In this document: one piece after another, positions 13,629 to 26,186 of the stretch
Numbering within the stretch: the first letter of the stretch is position 1
How the letters are laid out: the number at the start of each line of letters is the position of its first letter
Source: Takakia lepidozioides
Taxonomy: Eukaryota; Plantae; Bryophyta
Assembly: GCA_030704615.1 (NCBI GenBank)
Contig: CM060734.1
Coordinates: 39,370,001 to 39,434,000 of the forward strand
Direction: 5' to 3'
Length of the DNA stretch: 64,000 bases
Program-made: the position numbers and the translations under genes
The notes under the pieces: model-generated
What the model saw: only the letters and a program-made list of their open reading frames with translations
The model's database searches: none
Told to the model about the DNA's origin: nothing

Positions 13629-13892
13629 GAAATTGCAGACTTATATTGTCTTCTTCGTGACACCTACACGACATGTCACCTTGTCTCTTTTCGAGGAATT
13701 GCAAACTTATATTGTCTTCTTCGTGACACCTACACGACATGAAACATTGTCTCTTTTCGAGGAATTGCAGACTTATATTGTCTTCTCCGTGACACCTACA
13801 CGACGTGAAACCTTGTCTGTTTTCGAGGCATTGCAGACTTATATTGTCTTCTTCGTGACATCTACACGACCTGAAACCTTGCAAATTTTCGA
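13629..13892. repeat. 66-bp tandem repeat x4 between the two convergent MULE genes
   Basis: Unit is gaattgcagacttatattgtcttcttcgtgacacctacacgac...ttgtctcttttcgag. Confidence 0.9.
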
Positions 13893-16800
13893 GTATATAT
13901 GTGTTGCAGGTGCAGGTGCAGACACCCTCTTGTTGGTTCTCCGCAAAACCCTAGGCCGGGTTTTCCAGGCCTCCACAAAATCTCGTCTCATTTTCAGAGA
14001 CATGTTGTTGTTCTCGTTCAGAGGACGGAAAGCCTTCGCTGCCGCAGGGTGCAACATTCCAGCCGCACTTTTCACCAGGATATCAATGAGCTGCCCTCTG
14101 CACATATGAAGAGCAGATCGGGCATGTGCCTCCAGGTATTTGTCATCACCTACTATGCGAAGTATGTCCGCGAATTCTTGTTCCAATGAGGCTGAGACCT
14201 GCAGAGGTGCCTCGTCGTAGGGGAAGTCGTCCGGAGGATGTCTTTCCATGAACTGATTGGATTCGTCGATGCCGCCGGCACCATTGCCCAAGTGCAAGTT
14301 AGGTAATCCTCCATGAATGGTTCCCAGCGCCGTGCCACAAGCGCGCACAAGGAGGCCATCCTGCAGGTCAGGGTGAAGTATCTTGAGGACACGGACCTGA
14401 TGCTTGCATAAGTTTCCCTTCATTGCCCACGGGCACGTGCAACAACCCCAATCGCAATCAGGATTGTAAACAATGTATGTTGTGCCGGGGTGGTTGCTGC
14501 TGAGAACGTAGGCTGGTTCACCAGGACCCAAGGGAAGAGTAACACTCTCAGCAGGAATGTCTCGTGCCGCAAGTATAGAACTGGATATGTACTTTTCGTG
14601 TTTGTCATTTCTTATGAACCCGTGGGTCTTCAAATGGATTGCGTACTAGTAGTGTGTTAGCACACGGCCAGTGAGTTCCCATATAAGCCAGTCCACTCTA
14701 CGACCACTCATCTTGCCTTTCCCCATGGCAAGTCTTGCCTTCAGATTTTGATGGTATGCCTCAATGCTTGCGTTTGTGTCTTGGCTCGCATGAGGGACAT
14801 TGCGGGCTGCTGTACACCACATTGCTATTTTGGGCTTCAAGTACTGTTCGATATAGTCAAGAAATTCATGTCCTTTCGGATATTTTGACCTCATACGACG
14901 GATTCTCCTTGCAACCCACCGAAGCACTCTTTTCTCGTTGCGTGGTCCCCCTCTACAATACATGAGGTCTCCCATATCCTTCAACAAGTTTACAGCGGTC
15001 ACCGGATCCTTTGTTTTCTTGCATGATTGTTTCACCCATGCCTTGCGGACATGCCAAGGCAGAGGAAAATGAGTACTCCTTCAAAAACAATTCTGCACAA
15101 CACACATGGTACACATTAGAGTCTTGGGATCGGACTGCAATGGTGGACTGCCGGAGTGGACTGTAACAACGACCTGTATCAGCGGGCAGAGCCACTGGAC
15201 TCGCCCAGTGGACAGTACAATGCCATGACGTTGATGTGCTGGAATAACCCCATTGGACTACCTAGTGGACTTCCCCATTGGACTTCCCCTAGCTAGGACT
15301 GGGGCAGCGGACTGCCCCAGGGACTGCCGAGTGGACTTGGCAGCGGACGGCCGACCCCAGGGACTGCTGAGTGGACTTTGCAGCGGACTTGGCAGCGGAC
15401 TGCCGAGCGGACTTGTCGGGGACTGCCAGCGGACTTGCCTGGGGACTGATGACCGGACTTGACAGCGGACTACCAGTGGATTTGCCCAGCGAACTGCATC
15501 GGGTTTCGCCACAGGAGTCTGCCAGTGGACTGTAGCAATGGACTGCTGCAGTGGACTTCGACAATGGACCGGTGCTGTGGACCAACAGACTTACCGAATA
15601 GCGTTGATTTCTGCTTCGGCATCGTCCACAATGAAGGCATTGGGTCGCCAGCTCGGCAAATCTGCGAGGAGTGAATCGCGCAAGGCTCTCATCCACGGAA
15701 CCAGGTCTCTTGTCCGATTCCTCGCGGATAGGATATAGGCAACTGGTATACCGTTCAACCACTCGTTGAAGACCATCAACGTGTACAATGGGAACTGTTG
15801 GAATGCACAATGTAAGATGGTCAGAGCATGCAAATTCCGCTTAGTTCTGCACGAGAAGACTTCATAAGAGTGATGAGGACTGTAGCGGTTCACAATGGGT
15901 CTGCCTCTCGGTCTTCCACAACGTACACAACCCTAAACATACAGAAAGGGTCAGCACACCAAATATTATGTGAATGTTGCATGGTACTATGCTATCATGC
16001 TTGTACAAGTCCATGGAATCGTTCGAATAGTACCTTGTCATGATTTGTCCCAAAGGTTGCATCACATGCAACGATACGGTCATGTCCTAGTTCCAGCATT
16101 CGTCGTTTCTGCCACGGAGTCTGTATGCCAATAGTGAATGTCAAATCTCCATCAAAATGCTCGAATGTGGGCTCGAATTTCTCCTCTTGATAGAAAAAAA
16201 CGGACGTAGGATTCTGGTCTCTCCACATGCGCACACTCTCTGCATCATCGGCGTGCTTTTTGAAGGTTTGCCACGCACGTTTCTCGGCAAGGTTGCGAAC
16301 ATCTTGCTCCAACAAGAAATCATCGCGGGTCCATGCATCGCCCAAGCCGGCGTTGTTCATCACGTGCTCTTTATGCTCCATCATGATTTGGGCGACCGAC
16401 AGGCCTCGGCACAAACACTCGACGACCCAGGCTTTCAATTCCTTGCTAATGTGTGGTGCATAGGCGTGGCGGGTGTTCCTGAACTCTGCGGACTTCTCAT
16501 GCGAACGACTTGAGGAAGCATAAAATCAGAGAATTCGTGAAACAAAAAATGGCAACAGACATGCAATGAAACGTCAAAAGGACTGAGGATGATGCACACA
16601 TAATACTGGACAAAAATGTGTTGGCTCTGGGTGCTTTTCGCGAGCCGGGTTCCACTTTAGAATGGACATTCACCCAAAACTGAGTGGGGTAGTCCTCCAA
16701 ACTCTCCTCTCCCAGGACGAAGTCACCAACTCTATCCCAAGGTATGCAGGCCTTTTCAACATTCACTCGCACACCCATAAACCCATATTGCGTCTCACTC

Positions 16801-16922
16801 TTCCAATGGAGATCCTTCTTGTTGAAGGGTCCTGGTTTTGCTGTTTGCAAACATTGTCGAAGAGGCCGTATAAGCGGGCTTTCCATGATCAGTATATCAT
16901 CGGGTTTTGCTTCCACGTCCAT
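13839..16922 (-). pseudogene. MuDRA-like DDE transposase with SWIM zinc finger; spliced and disrupted
   Basis: Motifs VACDATFGTN (D), FIVDDAEAE (D), CL(W)HV, TNASIEAYHQNLK (E) and SWIM CCTC..CKH. There is a 1-bp deletion near 15057 and an in-frame TAG at 14646-14648. Confidence 0.88.
15130..15590. repeat. Short GGACT-based (~12-bp period) repeat array in a transposase intron
   Basis: Dozens of (g/t)ggact motifs, e.g. cagcggacttgg and gtggactg. Confidence 0.7.
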
Positions 16923-17869
16923 GCCCTATACAGTACAAAGGACACGCTTCTGAACATGCAAGAAACGCGCCGCAGTACAAGACACGAACGACAACGTGCC
17001 AAGAGAACAGTGCACACGTTCGCGGCTGCTGGCAAGTGGCAGGCGGCAGGGATGCAGGTTTGAATTGCAGCCCTAAAAATGGAGGGCTCGGATGGGTTAT
17101 GGGAATGGACGGTGGCGATCCTGCGCCATCATCGGACTGGATGGCAGAGGACTGGCCAGCGGTCTGGCGGGCAGACTGGCGGACTGGCAGACTGGAGGGC
17201 AGCGGACTCATGGGCGGGGGACTGGCCGCGCGGCGGACGGGGGCGCGGGCGCGGTTGCTGCAGCCGCGCCCGCGGCTGGGCGACCGCGCGCAGCGGCGGG
17301 CGGGGCGGGCGGGGTGCTGGGGAGCCGAGCGTCCGTGCGTGGGGCCCACCGGCCACATCGCACGTGCCCATTGAAGACCCTATTATCTTAAAATGAGAGG
17401 CGGAGGGAAGGCACCGGGGTTGGAATTGGTGATATATGAGGTTATGTGTAGAGGCTAGCATAGAAGTAGGAGGGTGGGCCCTCCTTCTACTAGAGCTTTC
17501 CAAGGATGAGGTGGTGGCCCCTTTCTAGAAGGCTCCCACATCGCTTTGAGATCAATATATGGCATTTTGGTTGTTTTTTTGTTTTTGTCATGTAGAGATG
17601 TCCCAAAGTGCGGGCCTGCGCTAGTGCTTGGTGCCATTGCAAAGCCCTCGATGAGGAGGGGTGCACGGGCTTGGTCTCATGAGTTTTGGACCTACGGTGT
17701 GGGAGATATGGAATTTCAAGTACTTTTGGTATCTGGAAATATGCGAAAAATAGCAAAGTGGGCTTTCCTGGGACAGACTGGAGCCTCGACAAGAGATATA
17801 TCGATAATGATTGGCTATATTACTACTCAATAAATTCATGGAAAAAAAAAAGTTGGGCTTACATAGGAT

Positions 17870-18275
17870 ATTGCACTTGGGCTTAGATGACACTCGACAC
17901 TTGGGCCTTTACATACGAGATGCACTTGGATACATGAATAGAAGATTGCACTTGGGCTTAGATGGGCCTCGACATAGGAGACGCACTGGGATATGTAGGA
18001 AATTGCTCTGGGTCTTAGATTTCAATTCTTCACACATGGGCCAACGGCATAGGCTATCCTAGAGGTCGTACTTGGGCCTTGACATATGAGACGCACTGGG
18101 ATGTATAGGAGATCTTGCACTTGGGCTTAGATAACACTGGACAGTTGGGCCAACGGCACAGGGTACCCTAGAGGTCGCACTTGGGCCTCGACATGGGACA
18201 CGCACTTGGATATATAGGAGATTGCACTTGGGCTTAGATGACAGTGGACAGGGCCAACGGCACAAGCTACCCTAG
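17870..18275. repeat. Degenerate tandem array built on GCACTTGGGC
   Basis: Repeated ttgcacttgggcttagat and gacgcactgggat units. Confidence 0.7.
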
Positions 18276-18450
18276 TAATAATAATAATATATGACGCCTC
18301 CAGAAGGAAGTGTAAATTATGGTGTCTCTTGCCCTCGAAGGGCTACTGCCTTCCAGCATAATGGTGGACACCTTTAAGACACCAATCGGTGGATTGAACC
18401 CACAACCACTGCCGAGGTGGTATGTGTGCCCATTACCGCCTTGAGATAGT
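18276..18450 (-). mobile_element. Putative tRNA-derived SINE, family 1
   Basis: Minus strand has an A-box-like TATCTCAAGGCGG, a B-box-like GGTTCAATCC (18391-18400) and an (ATT)n/TA tail. A second copy lies at 10159-10297. Confidence 0.6.
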
Positions 18451-19364
18451 ATATATAGAGGGTTAGCGAGAATACCTGCTGTGCTGCAGGTATGCTATGC
18501 TAGTGGTTCTTAGGCCTCCACCTTACTTTGGTGGGCTCTGCAAATAGGCCTCCCCTTAAAAAAAAAATGTAGATTTGGAGGCTGAACCATCTTCAAGCGA
18601 ATAGAAATGTTAATAAGGGTCCCAAGAACACAAATATTAGTGAAAATAGACAATCAAACATACCAATCATATTGTACTGATTGTTATGTTGATAGAAAAT
18701 ATAACATATCACTCCAGAGAAACAGAAAGATATATAACCAAGTGATCTTCAGAATTCATTATTTATTCCATTATATAATTAACTAATTCATTAATGCTTT
18801 GTTACTATGAATTTTCTCTAAAACATTTGTTAGAAGTATTGGTGGTAAATGGGCCTCCTACATGTGCTTCTTATATTCATCAATCCCACAATATGCCATA
18901 TACCATAATGCGGATCCTTCCATCCCAGAATATTTGTCATTTTGATGGAATATATGTCATATGCACTATGCATTGTCATGAAAATAGCATAACGTCAGGT
19001 GCATCTTACGCTTATTGTGGTATAACAAGCATTCCATGCACTTGTGTCTATGATCGGAAGTGGCCAAGAAGTTGTTGCCGACAGCAGCTTTAGATGGATT
19101 CTCCATGGTTGGAGTGGAGAAACAAGCTCATCGACATGTATTGGAACAGATCTCAAGTAGTATAAATTAGATGTTCATGTTTGTAGATGCTGAGAAATGA
19201 AAAAGAAAATAAATGTAAACCATGATATGCGCCTTGATTTTTCATTGTTTCCATGTTCTTAATGAACAATTTCCATGTGATATGTGCTATTGTTTCTCTA
19301 ATTATATTTACCTTGGACATCAATACATTAAGTTTGGTAGTTTGTTTTATTTTGTTTGTAGCGT

Positions 19365-20330
19365 CGTTGAGATCTCCCAAACTGTAAGGCTTCTGCCAAG
19401 GATCTTGATATTGTGGAAAGCTCTCGATGAGTAAGGGGGTTCATAATTTCTTACCTGCAGTGTGGGAGATATTGAATATTCAAGTTTTGTTTGTGACTGG
19501 AAATTCATGAAAAACAGAAAATTGGATTTTTTCTGGACTATTATTAAGAACTCTTTTATAGTTGAAATATATATGTACTTACAATATGTGCTCAACAACA
19601 CAGCCCACACTAGTCTATCTATTAAAGCAAGGTAGTTTGTTAGCTATGTCCCTTGAGGGAAGAGACTTTGCGTCGTGTTGAAGTCAATGAAGAAAATGTG
19701 GTCAACATACTTTACACCGTGTCAAGAAAATGATTGGTCTAAGAAAACTCTTAAATATAATCCACGTGGCAGCTTGTCAAAATTGTTGCTTCAATGGACA
19801 GAGCCTCTTGCGATTTGCGGCTTGTTTTGTTTTGTTGTCGTTTCATAGCGTAGTTGAGATCTCCCAAACCGCAAGGCCTATGTCCGAGGTCTTGATACTG
19901 CTGGAAAGCCTTGATGAGCAGGGGTTCATCGAGGTGGTTTCATAATTTTTTGCACTTGCAGTGTGGGCCAAGATGTTGAGTTTCAAGTATTTTTTGTCAT
20001 AGGAAATTCATGAAAAATAGCAAATTGGGTTTTTCTGGAATATTGGCCCTTCATTTGTCTTTTGGTACACATGGTCATAAATGTATGTGTTCAACTGCAC
20101 ATGCCATCTATTAAGTTTGGTAGTTGTTTTGTTTTGTTTTGTTTTGTAGTGTTGTTGAGATCTCCCAAACTACAAGGCTTGGGTCTTGATACTGCTGGAA
20201 ACCCTCCCCGAGTAAGGATGCATCAATGCGGTTTCATAATTTTTGGACTTGCACATGTCGGAGATATTGAGTTTCAAGTATTTTTGTCACTAAAAATTCA
20301 TGAAAATAGCAAATTTGGGTTTTTCTGGAT
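19365..20330. repeat. Three ~180-bp dispersed direct repeats (~19365-19540, 19850-20040, 20150-20330) plus a diverged copy at ~17590-17770
   Basis: Shared pattern gttgagatctcccaaac..cttgata..ggaaa..ttcaagt..aaattcatgaaaa..ttttctgga. Confidence 0.75.
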
Positions 20331-20950
20331 TTGCCCAGATATTGATATAAATATTTTGCCTAGATATTTTGGATAATATTGATATTGATTAATATTGGAA
20401 ATATTTCAATCCATAGATATTGATATAAATTATATATTATAATTTATATAATCCATAGATATTGATATAAATACTGAATTTCATGGTCACAATACCAGCT
20501 GATCAGACGTATCAATATTGGTATCATTCAAGTACCATTTCTAGTTAAAAGTTTAGTATCCAAAGGAGAAAAAGTCCAATCTATACAATATGCAAACATA
20601 TATAACTATATAATATATTTATACAATACTATATCATGAGTAGAAATCCATATCGATTTTTATCCCCTACAATTCTTTTGTTCAAGTAGCTGACCCTTTT
20701 TCCAGGTCGAATGCCAGAAATTACAAAACACTTCTCCAGACTGTAGGTTAGTTAGTGGCAAGGTGATTGAATGCAAAGAGAACTTAGTTACAGGGACCGA
20801 TAATACGAGTTTCATAAAGAAAGTTGTGATCATCTTCAAAAGATGTACCAAACTGCAATTATTTGCCAACCATAATGTTCCTAAAGGAACAAGACACTAC
20901 AAATGACATATTGATGTACTAAGATTTCTTCACATGTGAAGATATGTACA

Positions 20951-21214
20951 CCACCAGTCGGTAGGTCAGTTGGATGGAGCACTGAGTGCCTCCCAGGTGA
21001 TTCTGAGTTCAAATCCTGCTACCATGTAGAGTGTGGTATAATCTTCACCCCCTTCCCCTCGGCGGTGTCCCTAGAGCCTTGTGCTTGGCACCTCATGGCG
21101 AGGTTACTATGAAAGAGGTTATTTGTTATTTCCTCCTCTCATTATAATTAAGGGCCTGTTTGTGAGCGGTCGCTCCCAGGTATTTCCCTTTAAAGAAAAG
21201 AAAAAGAAAAAAGA
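20951..21214 (+). mobile_element. Putative tRNA-derived SINE, family 2
   Basis: A-box TAGGTCAGTTGG (20962-20973), B-box GAGTTCAAATCC (21005-21016) and an A-rich tail from ~21191. Imperfect flanking repeat aagatatgtaca / aagatatataga. Confidence 0.65.
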
Positions 21215-24200
21215 AAGATATATAGAGTTCCCCACTACCACAGAGTGTAATTAATAGTCTAGATACATTGCAAATTTTCACATATTACTATATTATTTTG
21301 TGAATGAACACTTTTTAGAGCCACACTACCTATTACAATCATCTAATATTACAAAGTGACAAATCGGTTGATATGAGAAATATTGGAAGACTTGTAAAAA
21401 AATTTCCTACCAAATTTCAACATCAAAAAATAAAATGGAATATTCTGTCGCAATTTCCTTATTTTTCATGGATGAAATGCCAACCTTCTCCAAATAAAAA
21501 ATAAATTCAGGATGAATCTGCCAAATATGGATAATAATACTGGATGAAAGTGCAGAGGAGGATGATTCTATTCAAATTTCAGTGGATGAACATAATATAC
21601 GGCTATTTCTTGCAAAACTCAGTAGCCACACTCGTCAAAAGAAAAATCGCTGGTTGAGCCAAGTGGAGGTTTGTAGCAAACCATCATGATGGTTGTCCCA
21701 ATGTAATCCACCCCATTAAAAAACCTATTAACTCAGAAAATACCAATAGCCGCCCTGGTGAGAGTGACCTCAGCTTTGGTCCGCTACCCACATGGAGAGC
21801 CTGCTGATCATAAAGACTAGTTTGCCAGACCATAACGTTACCGTGCAGTACGAAACCTCGAGCAAAAAAGTGGCGTGTTGTAGGTTTGTTCATAACACAC
21901 CCAAGTGAGACAACGTACCCGGTTCCAGAAGCTTTCGAGTGAGGACATGTATTATATAGCATTATGATGAGGAGTGAAGGTCCCTGGAGCAGAGAAGACC
22001 AGAAGCATGAGTAATGAGTACCTAGGGCTGCTGGGTTGGGTGGTCCCATCCCATTCCACCTCCACTTCATCAGGTCTCTGCAGCTATCTCTATCTCTATC
22101 TCCATCTCATCACCTTGATAACTGAATGCATGCAAACACTGCTCCGCAAGCTTACTAGGGTATATTGCATTTAAACTGTCGGGTGGTACGCGGCTGGGAG
22201 GCGAGCTTCTGTGAGTCCTGATTGCATCAGTGCGTTGAAAACTCATTGATGGCGTGCTGGTATCTGACGAGGAAAAATATTTATATAATGGCAGGAGTAA
22301 TCCCATCATCATCATCCTCCCAAAATTGGCGTGACACACCTTCCAATGCCTGCCACTAAATCATCCTATTTTCCTACCAAATCAGGCCCTCCCATTATTA
22401 CTCCAACACTCTGCCAGACTGTATGTAGACAGCCCCCCCGAAAAACAACCCAAAAAGAAAACAAACAAGTTGACAGAGGTGATGGATGGGCTAGAATGAA
22501 AAGCCACACAGCGGATGGAAGCTCAACCGCAGCAGAGTAATCATACAATATTTGTGATGCTTGGGTACTCCCTACTCACACACTCTGACAGTCCCGGAAT
22601 TCTGAGCTGTCCTCCCCACTCATGTTATTTTATTCTCCAGTCACCGACCTTTCCATAAACAGAAGTTGATCGAAGCTCAAAAGGAGCGAGACGAAGGAAC
22701 CAAGCAGAACAACCAACTCAAGCCCTCTGCACAGGCGCTCTGTGGCCCAGTGGCTGCGACGTGCCCGCTGCGCTACCCGTAACCCGGATTAGTTAGCGTC
22801 TAATTCTGGATCGCGAGGGTTCTAACCCTTTATGAACCGCGCCTACTACGCCCTAACCGATTCGGCTCACCGCATGCGTCGCGGTGGATGTGTGTGATCG
22901 TGGATGGCTTTTCGCGGGGGCACTGTCAAGGCACGTGGATGAGATCTGTTGAGGGCCCACATGCTTCCGTGGTGGTTGCGGATGACATCAGAATGTAAAG
23001 TTATCCTTCGCGTGGCAGGATGAACAGAGAGTACCAACTGCATCCATCTAACTGTTTCGTTTCCTTTTTACGCAAAGTCTCGGTTTTTCTCGATCAACGC
23101 CTTGCATCTGTATCTGGTGATCTGACGGTAGAGGGAATGAGTACGTGGACGCATGAGAGTGCGGCGCGCAGGGGCGCGGTATATTGAAGAAGCGGGTGTG
23201 AGGGAGAAGAGGGAGAGCAGCGATGCGCGTGCCTGCTCGCTGGACGAGGTCCTGCGCCTCGTGACTGCTGGCAGCTTCCATGTCGTTTATGATGAAGCTG
23301 TAGAGTGTCAAATTGTAGTCGGGTCAGCTGGTTTCTCAAGAATTTTTCTGTTTCTTGTCTGTCTCTCTCTGGTCTGCACCTCGAGACTTGGCTCTTGCAT
23401 TCTTCAGTTCAGAGATGGTTCTGCACGTGTATGGAATCATATCAATCTGCCGCACGGTTCTTGCATTGTGTCCCATTGTGTCCCATTGTATCCTTAGCAG
23501 CATTGTCGTTTGAAGATTTGCATGAAGTCTAAGTAGTGCTTGGACTCTGAACGTTGTGAATAAGAGGTCTTCTTCCTATCTCGGTGTGAGCAGCCATTCT
23601 GTTAGAGGGAACTCGTATCCTGGCGGCGGTCTCGACTGCCTATCGTAAGAAATTCGTTTCGGAAGAGCTCGCTTTGCCCTGACTTCAACGTAGGTGTTGA
23701 GAAGGTCCTCTCTCATAGGAATTCCTCTCGGTCGTGTCTTTTAATTTGGCGTGTTTCTAGCTGGCTTTAGAGTTCTCCCTGTCCTTGTTTTCATTCAGTG
23801 GACGGTGTGACTGTTCGTAGAGCTATCTTCCGCATTCAAGAATATTTGCGGTAGCACATCCTATGGCATGACTGCCGTGTCTACTTGCTGTCTAATTTGT
23901 CTGTATCAGAGTTCCATTGGCTCTCTTGTGTGAAGAGTTTAACCGGCTGCTTTCCTTCGCTTCTGCTCGCATTCATATGTCCCCGACTGAAACGACTGTC
24001 CTGCCATTCGAATTTTTGTTGTCTTCACCACAAGACCTCTCCTTACTCGATTTTCCCACAGAACTTGTTTCCTACTCTGTGAGGTTCATTCTTCCACGTA
24101 CTGTCGTTCTGGTTATTCGATCAGCAAAGCACTGGTGAAAAATGATGGTGGATGGCGAGAATAAGGAGATGAGCTGCGGAAAGTTCTGATGATCAGCTGA

Positions 24201-24494
24201 TTGTGGAGGAACGGAGAAGCAGTAATGGTGGCATACGATCAGAAGCTGCCAGGTTTATGTTACCCAGGCGTGGTTAGCTAAGTCGAATTCAGTAGCTGTA
24301 GAAATTTATAAAAGATTCGGAGCCTCAGAGCCTCGCAATGCACTGGGAGAGACAGACAGACAGACAGACAGAAGAGTGAGCTCAGATGCAGATAGTCAGC
24401 TCAAAGCAGGGCACAGAACTACAGTTGTGAAGGGCGTAACTTCATTTGAGAGTATCGAGCTGAAAGCAGCAGTGTACAGATAGTTGGTTTGCAA

Positions 24495-26186
24495 ATGGCA
24501 ATAGCGAGTGAGAGTGAGTATAAAACTTTCATAACGTCGAGGAGGGATGGAGTCTTTGAGCAGCGTGAAGATGCCTTCTCCTTTGCACGTCCTGTTTCAT
24601 GTGACGTGGCTGGAGGGACAAATCGCAGAGAGTCCTATCTTGATAGAGAGTCGTTCTACGACCTGGATATCAGTCTACCTCTTCACTGGGAATCCATGGT
24701 GAGTGGGCCTCGCGGCAAGAAGACGGCGGAGCCCCGGGAGTTCGAGTTCACCACGCTCGCGTCAAGGCCAGAATCATTTAAATCAACAAGCGTTTCTTCG
24801 GCGAACGATATGTTTCATAGAGGCCAGCAGCTTCCCCCCCAGCATCGTTCATGCCTGCAAACTGGCGAGGCAATATATTCGAAGCGACAACAAGAGAAAG
24901 CACGTAACAAGCCTTCTTTCGTGGTTTCGCAGAGGTCGACGCCTGAGCCATTAAGCAGCATGTCTCCAGGCAGTCTTAGTTCTCGTTTGTTCCAACCAAA
25001 GTATTCGAAGTTTTGTGTGAACTCTACCGATGTCGCCCCCATTGAAACTGCCATGGATTCCCGAAGCTCTAGCTTCCGCTCTCAAAGCAGCAGCATGTGG
25101 GAGTCTGGGGAGCGAGATGCCGGAGACAGTAGCACCTCTCGGGATTCCAATGGCAGTTCGCAAGATGTGTCGTTTAGCAGTAATGAGCTGCAGATGGCGT
25201 CGGAGGGATCTACTGTCTATGCAAACAAGGCCAAGTCTGAGGCAGATTTTGTTCACAACCGAGAGGTTTACAGTACTCATAGTGCCCGGTCAGAGAGGGG
25301 GGACTCCCCTTCATGGCTACGATCCCCATTCAAGTGGAAGGTTCTCTTTGGAGCGAAAAAGAGCACCAAGCCAATCATTGATGAGAAAGCACAGGGGCCT
25401 CGGCAGACCAGTGGCGCCACTGATTCTTTCGACGAGAAATCATCACACTCTACCAAGACCTCTAGGCATTCCGTGCCCAATCTCAGAAGTTCCCCCCTCT
25501 CTAGGAGTAAGGGCAATGGGGAACCAGCACGCAGTGAACATCTAAGGCGGGTAGACAGCGAATCAGTTTCAACTCAATCTCAGCCTGAAACTCTGTCCAG
25601 GCGTCGGGAAGAGCATTCATGTGAACGGGAGAAAGATCATGGCAGTGTTGCAAAGGCACGCGAATGTTGGCAGAAATACATGAGCATTTTGAAGCCACCA
25701 TATGGGAAAGCTTCCAGTAAGAATGAGCAGCCACATGTCCGTGAAGCCTTGAAGACGGACAACTCCCGGGCATCAGCAGTCGCGACCAGTCCCCGTCCCC
25801 CAAGCCTGGCTTTCGAAGGAAAGCAAGCGCGCCCCAAATCCATGCCAGCCATCGAGAGAAAGCCAGTGCGGCCCAAGTCTATATCTAGTCTGAATTTGTC
25901 ATCCTTCTCTCAAAGCTCAAGAATTCCTGTGACCGGAGTCACTTCCTGGACGTCTTTCACCAACCATAGCGGTGGTCTACCAGTGACTAGCCCAAAGGTC
26001 AGTAGCAGTCCCAAGGTCACTAGTAGCCCAAGGATCAGCAGCAGCCCGAGGGTTAGCAGCAGTCCCAAGGTCAAAAATAGTCCAAGAGTCAGCAACGGTT
26101 CTACGTCTGAGCTCCACAGTGCAGTTCAAGGGGCAATCGCGCACTGCAAACAATCCCATTCTGGTCAACAAGTACAACTGAAGTAG
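24495..26186 (+). CDS. BKI1/MAKR (membrane-associated kinase regulator) family protein, single exon, 563 aa
   Basis: N-terminal EFEF...SANDMFHRGQQLP matches the MAKR SPADELF..G.LLP box. C-terminal STSELHSAVQGAIAHCKQS matches the BKI1/MAKR tail. The middle is Ser-rich and disordered. Confidence 0.85.
   Translation: MAIASESEYKTFITSRRDGVFEQREDAFSFARPVSCDVAGGTNRRESYLDRESFYDLDISLPLHWESMVSGPRGKKTAEPREFEFTTLASRPESFKSTSVSSANDMFHRGQQLPPQHRSCLQTGEAIYSKRQQEKARNKPSFVVSQRSTPEPLSSMSPGSLSSRLFQPKYSKFCVNSTDVAPIETAMDSRSSSFRSQSSSMWESGERDAGDSSTSRDSNGSSQDVSFSSNELQMASEGSTVYANKAKSEADFVHNREVYSTHSARSERGDSPSWLRSPFKWKVLFGAKKSTKPIIDEKAQGPRQTSGATDSFDEKSSHSTKTSRHSVPNLRSSPLSRSKGNGEPARSEHLRRVDSESVSTQSQPETLSRRREEHSCEREKDHGSVAKARECWQKYMSILKPPYGKASSKNEQPHVREALKTDNSRASAVATSPRPPSLAFEGKQARPKSMPAIERKPVRPKSISSLNLSSFSQSSRIPVTGVTSWTSFTNHSGGLPVTSPKVSSSPKVTSSPRISSSPRVSSSPKVKNSPRVSNGSTSELHSAVQGAIAHCKQSHSGQQVQLK

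Larger units (their letters stand above)
10587..17401. mobile_element. Complete Mutator-like element (MULE) with transposase and Ulp1-like protease genes
   Basis: GC-rich TIRs of ~340 bp at 10587-10931 and 17065-17401 (GCCTCTCATTTTAAG...CTTAAAATGAGAGGC). A perfect 9-bp TSD GGAGGGAAG sits at 10578-10586 and 17402-17410. Confidence 0.95.

Noticed and set aside
13387-14109. 240-aa ORF with LQTYIVFFVTPTR repeats
   Set aside because: It is a translation of the 66-bp tandem repeat plus the antisense strand of the transposase.
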